A DNA stretch of 64,000 nucleotides from Selaginella moellendorffii (taxonomy: Eukaryota; Plantae; Lycopodiophyta): contig NW_003314409.1 of the NCBI RefSeq assembly GCF_000143415.4, forward strand, positions 186,001-250,000, in the 5' to 3' direction. The first letter of the stretch is position 1, and each line of letters begins with the position of its first letter. This document shows, one piece after another, positions 1-11,491 of the stretch. The notes beneath the pieces were generated by a model. It searched no databases. It was given only the letters and a program-made list of their open reading frames with translations, and had not been told where the DNA came from. The position numbers were made by a program, and so were the translations under genes.

Positions 1-1449
1 TTGTCGTGGACTTCCATGCTCGCTGCATATGCCCAGGACGGGCATCTTGAAGAGGCTCGCGCGGTCTTTAACAACATGCCCGAGCACGATCTCGTCGCGC
101 TCACCTCAATGCTCACAGTGCACATCCAGTCGGGGGATCTTGAGCAAGCCAAGGCCATCTTCGATCGAATGCCCGACCAGGACATCATCTCCCAGACAGC
201 GATGATCCAGGCCTTCTTGCAAAACGGCCAGCTCCGAGAGGCCGAGCTCATCTTCGAGGAGATGCCCGTCCAGAACATAGTCTCGTGCACGGCACTTCTC
301 TCCTCGTACGCTCAGGGCGGCGATCTGGATCGGGCAAAGCAGATGTTTGACAAGATGCCGCAGCGAGACGCCATCGCCTGGACGTCTCTCGTCGCCGCCT
401 ACGCTCAGAGCAATCACTTCGAGGAGGCCAGGAGCTTGTTCGACCGCATGCCAGTCCACAACTTGGTGCTCGCCACGGCCATCCTGCGAATGTACTCGCA
501 GCTCGGGAGGATTGACGAGGCCGAGGCGGTGTTCGACAAAATGGTGGCGAAAGACATCCTGGCTTGGAACACGATGCTAGCGGCCTACTCGCAGCACGGC
601 TACATCGAAGAACTGCGAACCACTTTCGACGCTATGCCCGAGAGGGATATCGTCTCGTGGAACATCGCTGTGGCGAGCTATGCGCAGCACGGGCACGTCG
701 ACGAAGCTCGAAAGCTCTTCTCCAGCATGCCACAGTGGGACTGCGTTTCCTGGACGATCATGATCGCGGGCTATGCCAGGAACGGGTATATGCGACGGGC
801 GAGGAGCACTTTCGACGCCATGCCACCGGTGTCTTCCGAGCTCGTCTTCTCCAGCGCGATGTTCACGGCTTATGCTCTGGCCGAGAGCTTCTCCGACGCC
901 ATGGAGTTTTTCTACGCCATGAACGCCGAAGGATCACTCCAGCCCGACGATGTCACCTTCACGAGCGTGCTTGGCGGATGCAGCCACGCGGGATTGTTTT
1001 CTCGGGGACTCGGCTACTTCCGATCGATGGTCTTCGACTTCGACGTGGATCCTGTCCGCGAGCACTACAGCTGCGTGGTTGACATCCTGGGCCGGTTTGG
1101 ACAGCTCGAAGAGGCCGAGGAGGTTCTGGATTCTATGCCGTTTGAACCGGATGCCGCGAGCTGGGGGGCTCTTCTCGGTGGCTGCGGGATTCATCGCGAC
1201 GTCCAGCGTGGAGAGCGAGCGGCAGAGAATGCACTCAAGCTGGATCCGAGAGAGGACGGCGCTCGGATGCTCTTAGCCAACATCTATGGAGCTGTTGGTC
1301 GGACGCAGGACATGATCAGGCTCAAAAACACCGTTCGGATGCTGAGAAGCCGCAAGCTCCAACTAGAACGAGAGCGTTCTCGCAAGACAATGGAAAGCTT
1401 CCCTTACCAGCGTGAAGGCTCGACTGCGAGATCAACAGCCTCGTCGTGA
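1..1449 (+). CDS. PLS-class PPR protein with E domain, no DYW; 5' end lies outside the window
   Basis: Tandem ~31-aa motifs (F..MP..D.VSW..M...YAQ.G), terminal HYSCVVDILGR / MPFEPDAASWGALLGGC E-domain signature, no HxE/CxxC deaminase. Confidence 0.92.
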   Translation: MSWTSMLAAYAQDGHLEEARAVFNNMPEHDLVALTSMLTVHIQSGDLEQAKAIFDRMPDQDIISQTAMIQAFLQNGQLREAELIFEEMPVQNIVSCTALLSSYAQGGDLDRAKQMFDKMPQRDAIAWTSLVAAYAQSNHFEEARSLFDRMPVHNLVLATAILRMYSQLGRIDEAEAVFDKMVAKDILAWNTMLAAYSQHGYIEELRTTFDAMPERDIVSWNIAVASYAQHGHVDEARKLFSSMPQWDCVSWTIMIAGYARNGYMRRARSTFDAMPPVSSELVFSSAMFTAYALAESFSDAMEFFYAMNAEGSLQPDDVTFTSVLGGCSHAGLFSRGLGYFRSMVFDFDVDPVREHYSCVVDILGRFGQLEEAEEVLDSMPFEPDAASWGALLGGCGIHRDVQRGERAAENALKLDPREDGARMLLANIYGAVGRTQDMIRLKNTVRMLRSRKLQLERERSRKTMESFPYQREGSTARSTASS

Positions 1450-2906
1450 TCTTGCAACAAGTTTTTCTGCTCAAAACTTTCCGGGTCAGCCTCTCCATCG
1501 ATCATCGGACACTGTTGCTGCTGCTGCTGCCGCTGCTGCTGCGCTGCTGCTTTCTCGGTGTACATGTTGGCGAGAAGCTGATACATCGACTTGTTCTCGG
1601 GGTCCAGCTCCATGAGATGCTGCGCAGCCTGCGCAGCGCGCTTGAAGTCGCCGTGCATTCTACACGAGCTCAAGTAGCTCGTCCAAGCAACAGGTCCTGG
1701 GAAGAATGGCATTTCGTGGAGAAGCTCCTCGGCATGATCCAGCTGCTTTGCTCGGCCCAGGACCTCCACCATGCAGCCGTAGTGATCGAGCTCGGGCCGC
1801 AGTCCATACTGGGTGATCATCGACACGAAGTGCTCGTGAGCTCTCTTCACTTTGCCTCCGCGGTTGCATCCTATCAGTAGACCCACGAAAGTGCTCTCGG
1901 TGGGCTTGAGTCCCTCGAGGTTGAGCTCCCGGAAGAGCTCCACGGCGGTCTTGTACGAGGCATTCTCGGCATAGCCAGCGATGAGCGTGTTCCAGGAGAT
2001 GATATCAAACTCGGGCATCGTCGCGAAGAGCTCTCGGCCTCTGGAGAGATAGCCGGTGTTTGCAAACGCTGTGATCATGGTGTTCCACGACGCGAGCTCC
2101 AGCTGCGGCATCATCTCGAAAGTCCTGCTGGCCTCCGCCAAGCGCCCTCTTTGGGCAAATGCTGCGAGTAAAGCGTTCCACGACACCACGTTCCGGCAAG
2201 GCACGGATTCGAAGAAGTGTAGCGCGTCCTCTGGGCTGGAGTTAACAGCAAATGCCTGGAGCATCAAATTCCACGAGAGATCGTTCTTGAGCGGCATAGT
2301 GTCGAATATAGTAAACGCTTCGCGCAAATGCCCGTGTTGGGCATATGCTGTGACCATGGCGTTCCCTGCGATTGTGTCGTGCTGTGGCATTCTCTGGAAG
2401 ATCGCCTCCGCCTCAGCGATGTGCCCAGACTGGGAGTAGGCCGCGACGACCGCAGTCCAGGAGATGACGTTCCTTGGCCACATTCGATCGAACAAGAGCT
2501 TGGCCCCTTCCAGATCCCCAGACTGGGCATGCGCCTTGAGCATGAGATTCCAGGAAACGGCATCGCGATCCGGCATCCGATCAAAGAGCTCCCGTGCGGA
2601 ATCCAGCTGCCGCTCCTGCGCGTACGCCGACACGATCGCATTCCAGGAGAAGGTGTTGGGAGAATCGAGGCCATCAAACACCGCCCTCGCCTCCTCCAAG
2701 CTCCCGCAACGGGCGTACATTGTGATGAGGAGATTGCCGAGGAATGTGTTGCCGCTGTGCCGGCTGTGGAGGATCCGCGAGTGGCAATCCCGCGCTCGCG
2801 CCAGGCTCCCGATCGCTGCGCACTGCCGGATCGACGCGGCGAAGGCGGAGACATCGCGGGCGGGATCAAAAACCTCAGTGTGGAGCCATCGCCCTAACAC
2901 CCGCAT
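1404..2906 (-). CDS. PLS-class PPR-E protein with polyQ-like tail
   Basis: 500-aa intronless ORF with GNLLITMYARCGSLEEAR, HYGCMVEVLGRA and MPFFPGPVAW; its 3' end overlaps the previous gene by 46 nt. Confidence 0.92.
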   Translation of the reverse strand: MRVLGRWLHTEVFDPARDVSAFAASIRQCAAIGSLARARDCHSRILHSRHSGNTFLGNLLITMYARCGSLEEARAVFDGLDSPNTFSWNAIVSAYAQERQLDSARELFDRMPDRDAVSWNLMLKAHAQSGDLEGAKLLFDRMWPRNVISWTAVVAAYSQSGHIAEAEAIFQRMPQHDTIAGNAMVTAYAQHGHLREAFTIFDTMPLKNDLSWNLMLQAFAVNSSPEDALHFFESVPCRNVVSWNALLAAFAQRGRLAEASRTFEMMPQLELASWNTMITAFANTGYLSRGRELFATMPEFDIISWNTLIAGYAENASYKTAVELFRELNLEGLKPTESTFVGLLIGCNRGGKVKRAHEHFVSMITQYGLRPELDHYGCMVEVLGRAKQLDHAEELLHEMPFFPGPVAWTSYLSSCRMHGDFKRAAQAAQHLMELDPENKSMYQLLANMYTEKAAAQQQRQQQQQQCPMIDGEADPESFEQKNLLQDHDEAVDLAVEPSRW

Positions 2907-3047
2907 ATTCTATTTTGAAAATTCCTTCGTTGCGAATATACTCCTCACAGTTGACGGAATGTTCTGTATGGCTGACTGCATATGCTTTTGCCGTTTGTTT
3001 AAGTTAAACCGCTTCCTCCCTGTTTTTGGGCGCACTCTCTCTCGGCT

Positions 3048-3519
3048 ATGGCGGGACTCCCAGGGCTCAAGACGCTCAAGATCAAGACGGGGACGTGCAA
3101 GCGCGTCCACAAGGAACTCAAATCCTACGAGAAGGAGGTGGAGAGGGAGAGCGCCAAGACGGCGTCCATGCGAGAGAATGGCGCCGATCAATTCGACCTC
3201 AAGCAGCAGGTCTTTTCTTTGATCTCTTCGGGTTCTAGCTCAGGAACTCTAGCATTGTCTCAAACTCCTTGCTTGATCCAGGAGAATGTGCTGGTGGAAT
3301 CGAGAATGATGGTGCCGGATTGCCGCAAGAGGCTCGAGGCTGCTGTGGCCGATCTGGAAGCCCTCATCGTGAGTGATTCACTACTGTTCATCCTCTTACT
3401 CTCGATTCTTTCTCTCTGTGTTCTAGGCCGAAGTTGAGGATGACGAGGCGATGCTTGAGACCGCCGAGCTACAAGCAGCAAAGGAAGTTCTCGCAGATGT
3501 CAAGCCTTGCATTAGTTAG
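3048..3519 (+). CDS. TBCA: Tubulin-folding cofactor A (3 exons: 3048-3209, 3282-3368, 3427-3519)
   Basis: LKIKTGTCKRVHKELKSYEKEVE..ENVLVESRMMVPDC; GT-AG introns keep frame to TAG at 3517-3519. Confidence 0.9.
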
Positions 3520-3602
3520 ACGCAAGAAAAACGGATCTAGAGAGTTGAGCTGTAGACACCACTTACAGATGAAACCAAAGCTCGCAAAAGTTTGATCTTC
3601 GA

Positions 3603-4889
3603 TCACTTCAAAAATGTGCACGCCACCCACAAAAAAACGTACGAGCTCAGCGCAGTGAAGAGCTCGAGGCTGCCTCGCTGCAAGCTTACCGACACGGACA
3701 AGGAGGGAATAACGAGCGAGCCGAGCGTCCATCCAATGAAGAGAGAACCAAGCCTGGAAGAAACACGGGGTTGGATCGAAACCAGCAAATCAAAGATGGA
3801 GAAAAGTCTCTACCCGAGAATGAATGCTCTTGACAAGCTCTTGACGCGGTCATTGATGAAATATATACAGCAGCCAAGCGCTACAAAGACCTGAGTAAAC
3901 ATCGAGACTTCAGTGCTGCCAAGGAAGAAGAAAAGAGAGCTTTTGCTTTACCTGGAAAGCTGGGCCTCCCTCAGCGGCATTCATCACACTCCAAACTCCT
4001 ATGGCAGCGTACAAAGCTGCGCGCTGGAGGATGATGGTCGACTTTGGAGTCTCCACGAAGCTGGCGAGCTTGCGCACCCATGGCGGAGACTCGTCCAGCT
4101 TCTTCTTCAGGTTGGTCTTAAGGTTGATCTTGGATCGCTTGCGAACCCGGAAGCTTTCAAAGATTATCCTATCGTGTGCGTCCTCGATAGCTTCTCGACT
4201 CCTCTCGTGTCTGCCGTATTGACTCAACAGGAAGCTCCGGGCCTCCTCCACCTCCATCTCGGAGGCGTCGTAGCTCACACCCAGCCGCTTGTGAGGATCC
4301 CTTACGTAAATCCTGTTGAAGACAGGAGGTGGCCCTGTTAACCAATTACTCTCATGAGAAAAAAGAAGAGAAAACAAGCATCCAATCCCGCAACAATTGA
4401 GGAGCTTGTCAAGCCCAGGCAAGAAAAACAAACGAAGAACATCAAAGAAAAAATCTTCAAAGTATCACCAAGAAAGTATTTAAGATATCTAGAGAACAAG
4501 AGCTTGGCCAAGGCAACGCAAGAAGAAACAAACGAAGACATCCAAGAAAAACCCTTGAGCTTTGATAGAACGGTATCACCAAGGAATTTAAGCATCTAAG
4601 CCAACAATGCAGCCAAACGAGAGAGAAATACCTGGAATCTCATCCGCGTCCGCTTCGCTCGAAGAGAAGGACGCATCCATAGCCACAAAGCTGGTTCTCC
4701 AGCGAAGCCGGCCATAGAATCGCAAGCTGGAGCTACTGCAACACAAAACTCCGCATTCTAAGAAGAAAATCCACGAAATTTCTCCTACCTGCTGAACAGA
4801 TTCCTGCTAGCGACACGCGAAATCGCCGCTTGCGACGAAGAGCGCCGCAATGGATCACACCACAGAGCGCAAGGCGCTGTGGCAGCCAT
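3603..4889 (-). CDS. CPP1: Chaperone-like protein of POR1 (J-like + DUF3353), multi-exon
   Basis: DPHKRLGVSYDASEMEVEEARSFL..IEDAHDRII..GGPAFQV and C-terminal LELFTALSSYVFLWVACTFLK; start ATG at 4889 is inferred. Confidence 0.8.
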
Positions 4890-5151
4890 GCTCATCCCTG
4901 AAAAACCCTAAATCCTCCATCTAGAAGAGACAGAAAAGGTTAAAATAAATGCGAATTTTTACATCTAAGCAAAATTTACAAAGAACCTCCTGTATGTACA
5001 TTGCAAACCACAGCACATTTTCAAGTAAGAAAGAACGAGAGAAGAGAGATAAAGAACTAGTACAAAAAAAACCACCACCCAGCAGTGTTCCAAAAAAAAT
5101 CCTACCTCTTTTTTTTTTCCAGTTATTTTCGTCGTCGTCCTCCTTGAATCG

Positions 5152-6705
5152 TCAAGAATCTGTGTGACCAACCTGTGATCCTGGCAAGAGCACCAACACC
5201 TCGCGCTCCTCGGAGAACATATGCTTTGGAACCATGATCTCCAGCCCCGCGATCGCCTCGACGTAGTAGGCCTTGAGCTCAGCGTTGTCCGGGATCCGAG
5301 TCGCCAGATCAATCTCTCGCAGGAACTCGCCGGGAGGGCAGTGCTCGGGGCTCAAATCCGTGAGCTTGAAAGTCCTGTCCCCCCTCTTCACGAACGGAGC
5401 TCTCCCAGTGCTCAAGCAGTGGATCTTCACCACGCCGTGAGTGGCCGTGTTCCTCCACGAGACGCGAAGCCTGTGCTTGTCCGTGAATGGTAAGCTCACC
5501 ATGATGAGGTAGCCTTCGTCGTCCTCGTAGATGGTCTTTGCCCCTGTCACTGGCCCGGACGCCTGAGTGATGACACCCGAGAAGCTCGAGTACCAGCTCG
5601 GCTGCGGGCTTCCACCACCGAGCTCCTCCAGCCCGGAGAAGGTGACGATCGGGACGCACGACTCCGCGTCGGTGTTGTTCCTCACCGGCGAGTACGTCTT
5701 CCTCTTGCGCTTGGCGTTGTTGGCGACGCTGCTGCCGTTCCCGTTCATGGTCCCGTTCGTGCTCAAGCCACTGGCACCGGGATCCGAGAGCTGCGTCGAT
5801 AAGTTCAGCGACGTCCCGTTGAGAGGACCGCCACCACCACCACCACACTTCCGGAGCGATCCGTTTGGAGACTTGGTCTGCTGCAGCGGAAGTCCCAGCC
5901 TCTCCAGCTCGTGATCCGGGCTCGGGACCGTCCGCCAGTCGACGAAAGCCTCAGCGTTGTGAGGGATGGTGAAGTTGACGTCCCGGCCGGTAAGTTCCTT
6001 CCACCGCTTCCTGTCCTCCTCGCTCACGAACGCCACGTTCGGCGTCCTGACCACCTCGATCCCGTGGATGCACTGCGGGTTGGACAGCCCCCTGTAATGC
6101 TTCCTCTGCATCCGGTGAGAGCGGATGAATCCCTTCTCCACGCTGAAAGGAAACTGCGGCTCGCGGAACCTCGAGTGGCCGTTCATGTAGCTCCGGAGCT
6201 GCATCTTCCCGAGCGCGTTCTCGGGCTTCTCCTTGAACGCCCACATATACATGTTCTCCATGTCGTGCTGGACGAGGAAGATGTCCAGGCGGAGGTCGGG
6301 CTTGTCCGAGTCGCCACCGAGCAGCCCCTCGCCGCTGAGCTTGGCCTGACACTTATCTTTGATCGCTGGACGAAAGTAATGGTTGAAAAAGAACCAGGCA
6401 CCCCAGATGGTGTCACTGCGACGAAGCCAGCGTCGTCCTTTGGATAGCGGCGAGCTGCTGGGATCCTCCCCGAGAGGAGGAGCCAAACCAACGTCGAGAG
6501 ACTCGAGCTCCTTGGATGGCAGCCACTGGTTGGATGGGATCTCGTCGGAGAATGGCAAGTTGATGTCCGGAGGTTCCACCACCATTTGCATCTGGAGCTG
6601 GCGGCTGCAATCGTCGTGAACGCCAGCGTCCATGGAGAGGATCGTGGACGGAACATCGGTGGCGAAGGATGATAGTAGCGGCTCTGTCAAGCTCCCCGTC
6701 ACCAT
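5152..6705 (-). CDS. SLT1: SLT1-like HSP20-superfamily protein (likely start MVTGSL at 6705)
   Basis: WGAWFFF, DLRLDIFLVQHDMENMYMW, ENALGKMQLRSYMNGHSR and SHRMQRKHYRGLSNPQC motifs; C-terminal ACD-like region. Confidence 0.85.
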   Translation of the reverse strand: MVTGSLTEPLLSSFATDVPSTILSMDAGVHDDCSRQLQMQMVVEPPDINLPFSDEIPSNQWLPSKELESLDVGLAPPLGEDPSSSPLSKGRRWLRRSDTIWGAWFFFNHYFRPAIKDKCQAKLSGEGLLGGDSDKPDLRLDIFLVQHDMENMYMWAFKEKPENALGKMQLRSYMNGHSRFREPQFPFSVEKGFIRSHRMQRKHYRGLSNPQCIHGIEVVRTPNVAFVSEEDRKRWKELTGRDVNFTIPHNAEAFVDWRTVPSPDHELERLGLPLQQTKSPNGSLRKCGGGGGGPLNGTSLNLSTQLSDPGASGLSTNGTMNGNGSSVANNAKRKRKTYSPVRNNTDAESCVPIVTFSGLEELGGGSPQPSWYSSFSGVITQASGPVTGAKTIYEDDEGYLIMVSLPFTDKHRLRVSWRNTATHGVVKIHCLSTGRAPFVKRGDRTFKLTDLSPEHCPPGEFLREIDLATRIPDNAELKAYYVEAIAGLEIMVPKHMFSEEREVLVLLPGSQVGHTDS

Positions 6706-7457
6706 GCTTCCCAGCTGCAAGTACCGCCCTTGCTCGTGAATACTGCTCTCTTCCTCGTCCCTGGATTTGTCAGCCACGTCCAAGCAACCCAGTATCAGGG
6801 GCTCATCCCCAAATTCTTCCAGCGTTCCTGGTTGGATCTTCTTTTTTTTTTTTTTCTTTCTTCTTCCTTGTTTTCCTTCCTTGTTCTTCCTTCTTGTTCT
6901 TCCCTGTGTGTTCTTGTTAGCTCTGTCTCATCCCCACCCAGTGCTCACAGTGCACGCCCCTTCCCTTGCCCCACAGAAGCCAAATTCCACTGCCGGAAGG
7001 AGCGCCGCTTTGACAGTCACCCGGAGAAAATCTATCCCTGGAACCATTGGAGAGGACTGGCGAGCAGTAGCCGATCACAATCCTGGCATCTACGCTCCGA
7101 GCGCTGATAGATCCGAGGCTCCCAGGGCACATGTAACGAAATTACCGTCTGGAAAGCCTCGGATCGCCACGATCGAAACCCTAATCGCTGGGATTGGCGT
7201 CCTGTCCTGGGGAAATCCGCGGCAATGCCGACACTGGAAGAGATTCGGAATATGAATCACATCGATCGAGAGAGAGGGAGGGGGATCGTCTCACCGTGCT
7301 GTCGTCCGGCAATTCGTCGCTACACGGTGCGTTCTTTCCTCTTCCCTAAAGCAGACGAGACGAAGCTCCGGCTATGGCGTCCCAGGTCGTCTACCGTACG
7401 AAATGGCCACGCGGGACATGGCGGCGCTACTGTACGATAGAGGGCGTTGCCGGCCGT

Positions 7458-7465
7458 CCACGTGG
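7458..7465. promoter_or_regulatory. G-box (CCACGTGG) upstream of FBPase
   Basis: Perfect palindromic G-box ~110 nt before the ATG of a light-regulated Calvin-cycle gene. Confidence 0.5.
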
Positions 7466-7575
7466 CTGAGATCCGTTGGAGCCAAGGATGAACACCAAGG
7501 GCAGCCACAGACACCCCACCCAATAATTTCCCACACACTTTAGATGAAGTGAGAAGCAAGCAGTAATTTTGGGCA

Positions 7576-9040
7576 ATGGCGGCATCCTCCGCGACGCAGT
7601 GCTTCGCCAATCGCTCCACCAAGATCATCAATGCGCCCGGCAAGAATCGATGCTCCTCCTCCCTCTCCACCGCCAGCAGGGGTCTTGCCATCGGCAGTAA
7701 TCGGGGTTTCCAGCAGCAGCATTGCAGGAATCTAGGGATTAGAGCGGCCGTGAGCGTCGAATCGACCACAGACAAGAAGAAGAGCGGCAGTAGGAATCAG
7801 TATCAGCTCAACACGCTCACGAATTGGCTGCTCAAGCAAGAACAGGCAGGGATTATCGATGGCGAGCTCACGATCGTGCTGTCGAGCATCGCCGTGGCCT
7901 GCAAGCAAATCGCGGCCCTAGTCCAGCGCGCCGGGATCTCCAATCTCACCGGCGTCCAGGGCGCCGTCAATGTCCAGGGCGAGGATCAAAAGAAGCTCGA
8001 TGTGGTGTCCAACGAGGTGAGTCAGTGGAAAATCTCCTCTCTTTCTCGATCGATCCTCCCACATTTCGTCCGAAATATCGTTTCTTGGTGCTAGGTTTTC
8101 TCGAATTGCCTGCGCTCCAGCGGTAGGACGGGTATCATCGCGTCTGAGGAAGAGGATACGCCTGTGGCCGTGGAGGAGAGCTACTCTGGCAACTACATTG
8201 TGGTGTTTGATCCCCTGGATGGATCATCCAACATCGACGCCGCTGTCTCCACGGGCTCAATCTTTGGAATCTATCACCCAAGCGAAGAATGCCTGGCGGA
8301 TTTCGACTCGGACTCCGACTCAGTAAGTTCTTGGGAATCCTTCGCTCCAATTCATCTATGGAAACTTTTGATGATGATCGCAGCTCACTCCAAGCGAGCA
8401 GAATTGCGTGATGAATGTGTGCCAACCGGGGAAGAACTTGCTATCATCTGGCTACTGCATGTACTCGAGCTCCGTGATCTTCGTTCTCACGGTTGGAACC
8501 GGCGTGTATGGCTTCACGCTGGACCCGATGGTGGGCGAATTCGTGCTCACCCACGACAAGATCAAGATCCCGGACAAGGGAAAGATCTACGCTTTCAACG
8601 AGGGCAACTACGCGCTGTGGGATCCCAATCTCCAGAGCTACATCAACAGCTTGAAGGATCCAGGGCCGGCCGGGAAGCCTTACTCGGCTCGCTACATTGG
8701 GAGCTTGGTGGGCGATTTCCACAGGACGATGCTCTACGGCGGGATCTATGGCTACCCCCGCGACAAGAAGAGCAAGAATGGGAAATTGAGGCTCCTCTAC
8801 GAGTGCGCTCCCATGAGCTTCTTGGTGGAGCAAGCCGGCGGCAAAGGGTCGGATGGATCCGGAAGAATTCTGGACATCAAACCAGAACAGGTTCGATCGA
8901 TCCAATTCTTTCGATTGATTGATCGCGCAAAATGTTCTAATCTTCTCCTTTTTTTCTTGTAGGTTCACCAAAGAGTTCCTTTGTACATAGGAAGCAGGGA
9001 AGAGGTGGAGAAGCTCGAAAAGTATCTCTCGTCAATGTAA
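7576..9040 (+). CDS. cFBP1: Chloroplast fructose-1,6-bisphosphatase (exons 7576-8016, 8095-8322, 8384-8890, 8963-9040)
   Basis: Transit peptide, [31 protein letters not shown]; redox loop with three Cys ([17 protein letters not shown]). Confidence 0.95.
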
Positions 9041-9221
9041 ACACACCTATTCTCAAAATTTTGAATTTCAAATTTTCAAATTCAAAATTTTAAAAGTTTC
9101 GCGCGCTAAGAGGGCGATCGCGTGTTCGATTCCTTATCCCTTCCGAGCGTGTGCCGGGCACTGTGCCACGTAGGGTCTCCGTCAAGGGCATATGGAGAGC
9201 GAGCTCTTGGCGGGGAGGGCA

Positions 9222-10357
9222 ATGGCGATGGCCGCCACCGCAGGAGCGGCAGTGTCTCTCGCTGCGGCCGCGCCAAGATCTCGATCCTTGACGCCGCGAG
9301 CATCGAATCACCAGGTACATTGGCAATCGAGAGTCGAGAGCGCGTCCTAGACTAAGGATTGATCCTTTGTTATTTTAGCTGCGCAACTCGTTCCTGGGAT
9401 CGCCACTTTGTAATTGCGAGGTGCGTCTAAAAGTTTCGCATCCCGGGGCTATCAATTCGACGAGGAAAACTTACAACCCTCTCCAGGTAGCTCACTCAGA
9501 TTTTCCAAGTTTTAGTATCACATTATTGTATTCTCAGGTGGAGGCTAAAACAGCTGCTGGAAAAACGATAGAGGTAGAGGTCGATAAGCCTCTCGGACTT
9601 TCGCTTGGGCAAAAGCCTGGTGGTGGCGTGATCATAACAGTAAGAGCTCCATACGTTCTTCTTTTCTTCCTGGTTCTTTCGCAAAACATTGTACTGTAAT
9701 CGTGCGAAACAGGCAGTGGAAGGAAATGCAGCCAGAGCTGGATTGAAAGTCGGGGATCAGGTGCTCTACACGAGTAGCTTCTTTGGCGATGAATTGTGGC
9801 CGGCTGATAAACTTGGCTTCACAAAGACAGCCATCCAAGCGAAGCCAGAGTCTGTTTATTTTGTTGTTAGCAGGTACTTCATGATCGATTCCTTGTTCTC
9901 AAAATCTGAAGTTTGCTCTTTTCTTCTTCTTCCAGAGGAGCGGATGTAGATGTAAAGCGACTACCTAAGCGGCCAGCGCCACCTCGATTCGGTCGAAAAC
10001 TCACCGAAGCGCAAAAGGTAAGAGCTTTTCTCTAAGGACGAAGCTGTTCTATTCTATATGTTTTCCAGGCAAGAGCTACTCACATTTGTCTCGACTGTGG
10101 ATACGTCTACACGCTCTCCAAACCTTTTGAAGAACAGGTATGAAAAGTTCAGTGTTCTGTAGATGGTGCTCATCTTTTTTCTTCAGCCGGATGGTTTCTT
10201 ATGCCCTCAATGCCGAGCACCAAAGAAGAGGTTCTCCAAATATGATCCGGAAACCGGACGAGCAGTCGGAGGCGGTGCTCTGCCAATCTCCGTGATACTG
10301 GGAGTCTTGGCTGGTGCTCTCGCAGTTGGAGGATTGGTGGTATATGGTCTCCAATAG
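9222..10357 (+). CDS. ENH1: Plastid PDZ + rubredoxin-domain protein, multi-exon
   Basis: IEVEVDKPLGLSL..SSFFGDELWPAD (PDZ), ATHICLDCGYVY and CPQCRAPKKRF (rubredoxin), C-terminal TM helix. Confidence 0.85.
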
Positions 10358-10430
10358 GCTTGTTAAGAAGCTCTTGCAAAATCAAACTCCCAAGGTTGAG
10401 AGTTTATAATCTGTTCCATTACCTAGGTAC

Positions 10431-11426
10431 ATGGCTTCTATTTCTACACCACTTTCTTATCCTTTTCCTTGTGGCCAGGGAACGAAGACAAAGTACAATG
10501 GCCGCAGAATTTTTCTCACGAGAGCTAACTTGGAAGACGCAGAGGGACGAGTTTTGCAACAAGATCTCGAAGCGGCTCAAGCAGCTCTTGCTCCCAGGTT
10601 CAGCAGAAGATTTACAATTGGAATTCTTTCGGCAGCAGGACTGGGAATTGGAGCAAACTTTTTGGGAACTACGAGCTTCGTGCTTGGATTAAACCCGGAA
10701 GTCGCAAGAAGCTTGAGGCTGGACGTCCTGTATCCTGTCCGGGGCTTCTTCAGATGCTTTGACACAGACAAAGGTTTCGGTAAGCACTAGCTAAGTTTCA
10801 TCTTTAAGAAGTGAACGATTTTCTCCAAAGCTAAACAACCGGCTTTCTCGATTGCAGAGTTTATCTATCCTCAAGACTGGTTTGGCGATCAAAAGATCTT
10901 GTACAGGTCCATTGAGAAGGCCGAGAAAGAAAGGCCTCTGGACTTGCCGGCGCTCAAAGAGCAAAGATCGCCAGCGAAAGTTCTAGTGGAGCCTGTCACT
11001 GCTTTCGGACCTCCTGGAACAGATGGCGAAGTTAACGTGAGCGTGATCGTAGCTCCAATCCTCCCTTCTTTCAGGTAAGGAAAGTTTCCATCTCTTGGTT
11101 TGATAGAAAAAAAACGTCTTTGCAGTTTGGAGCAGCTAGGAGATGCCAGAGAAGCTGCTAAACTCATCCTGGACAAGTTCATAGCTCCACCAGGATCGAA
11201 GAAAACGGCAACTCTGGTGGATGCCTCGACTAGAAGAGATGAAAAGGCAGTCTACTACACACTGGACTACTGTGTGGAAGCTCCCACATTCTTTAGACAC
11301 AATGTGGCTGTCTACACTTCTCTCAAAGGCAAGCTCTTCTCTTTGAATGTGCAGACTCCCCAGGCTCAATGGTCACACCAGAGAGAAGAATTCATCCAAA
11401 TTGCAAACTCTTTCAAAGTAATCTAA
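10431..11426 (+). CDS. PsbP domain-containing protein (PPD7-like), 3 exons
   Basis: SRRF twin-arginine-type lumen signal, LDVLYPVRGF, EPVTAFGPPG..EVNVSVIV, FIQIANSFKVI. Confidence 0.8.
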
Positions 11427-11491
11427 AGGGCTAATTAGCATAATTAACATCTATCAGATGGCAGCCTGATTGAGCACCAAATCAAACGACA

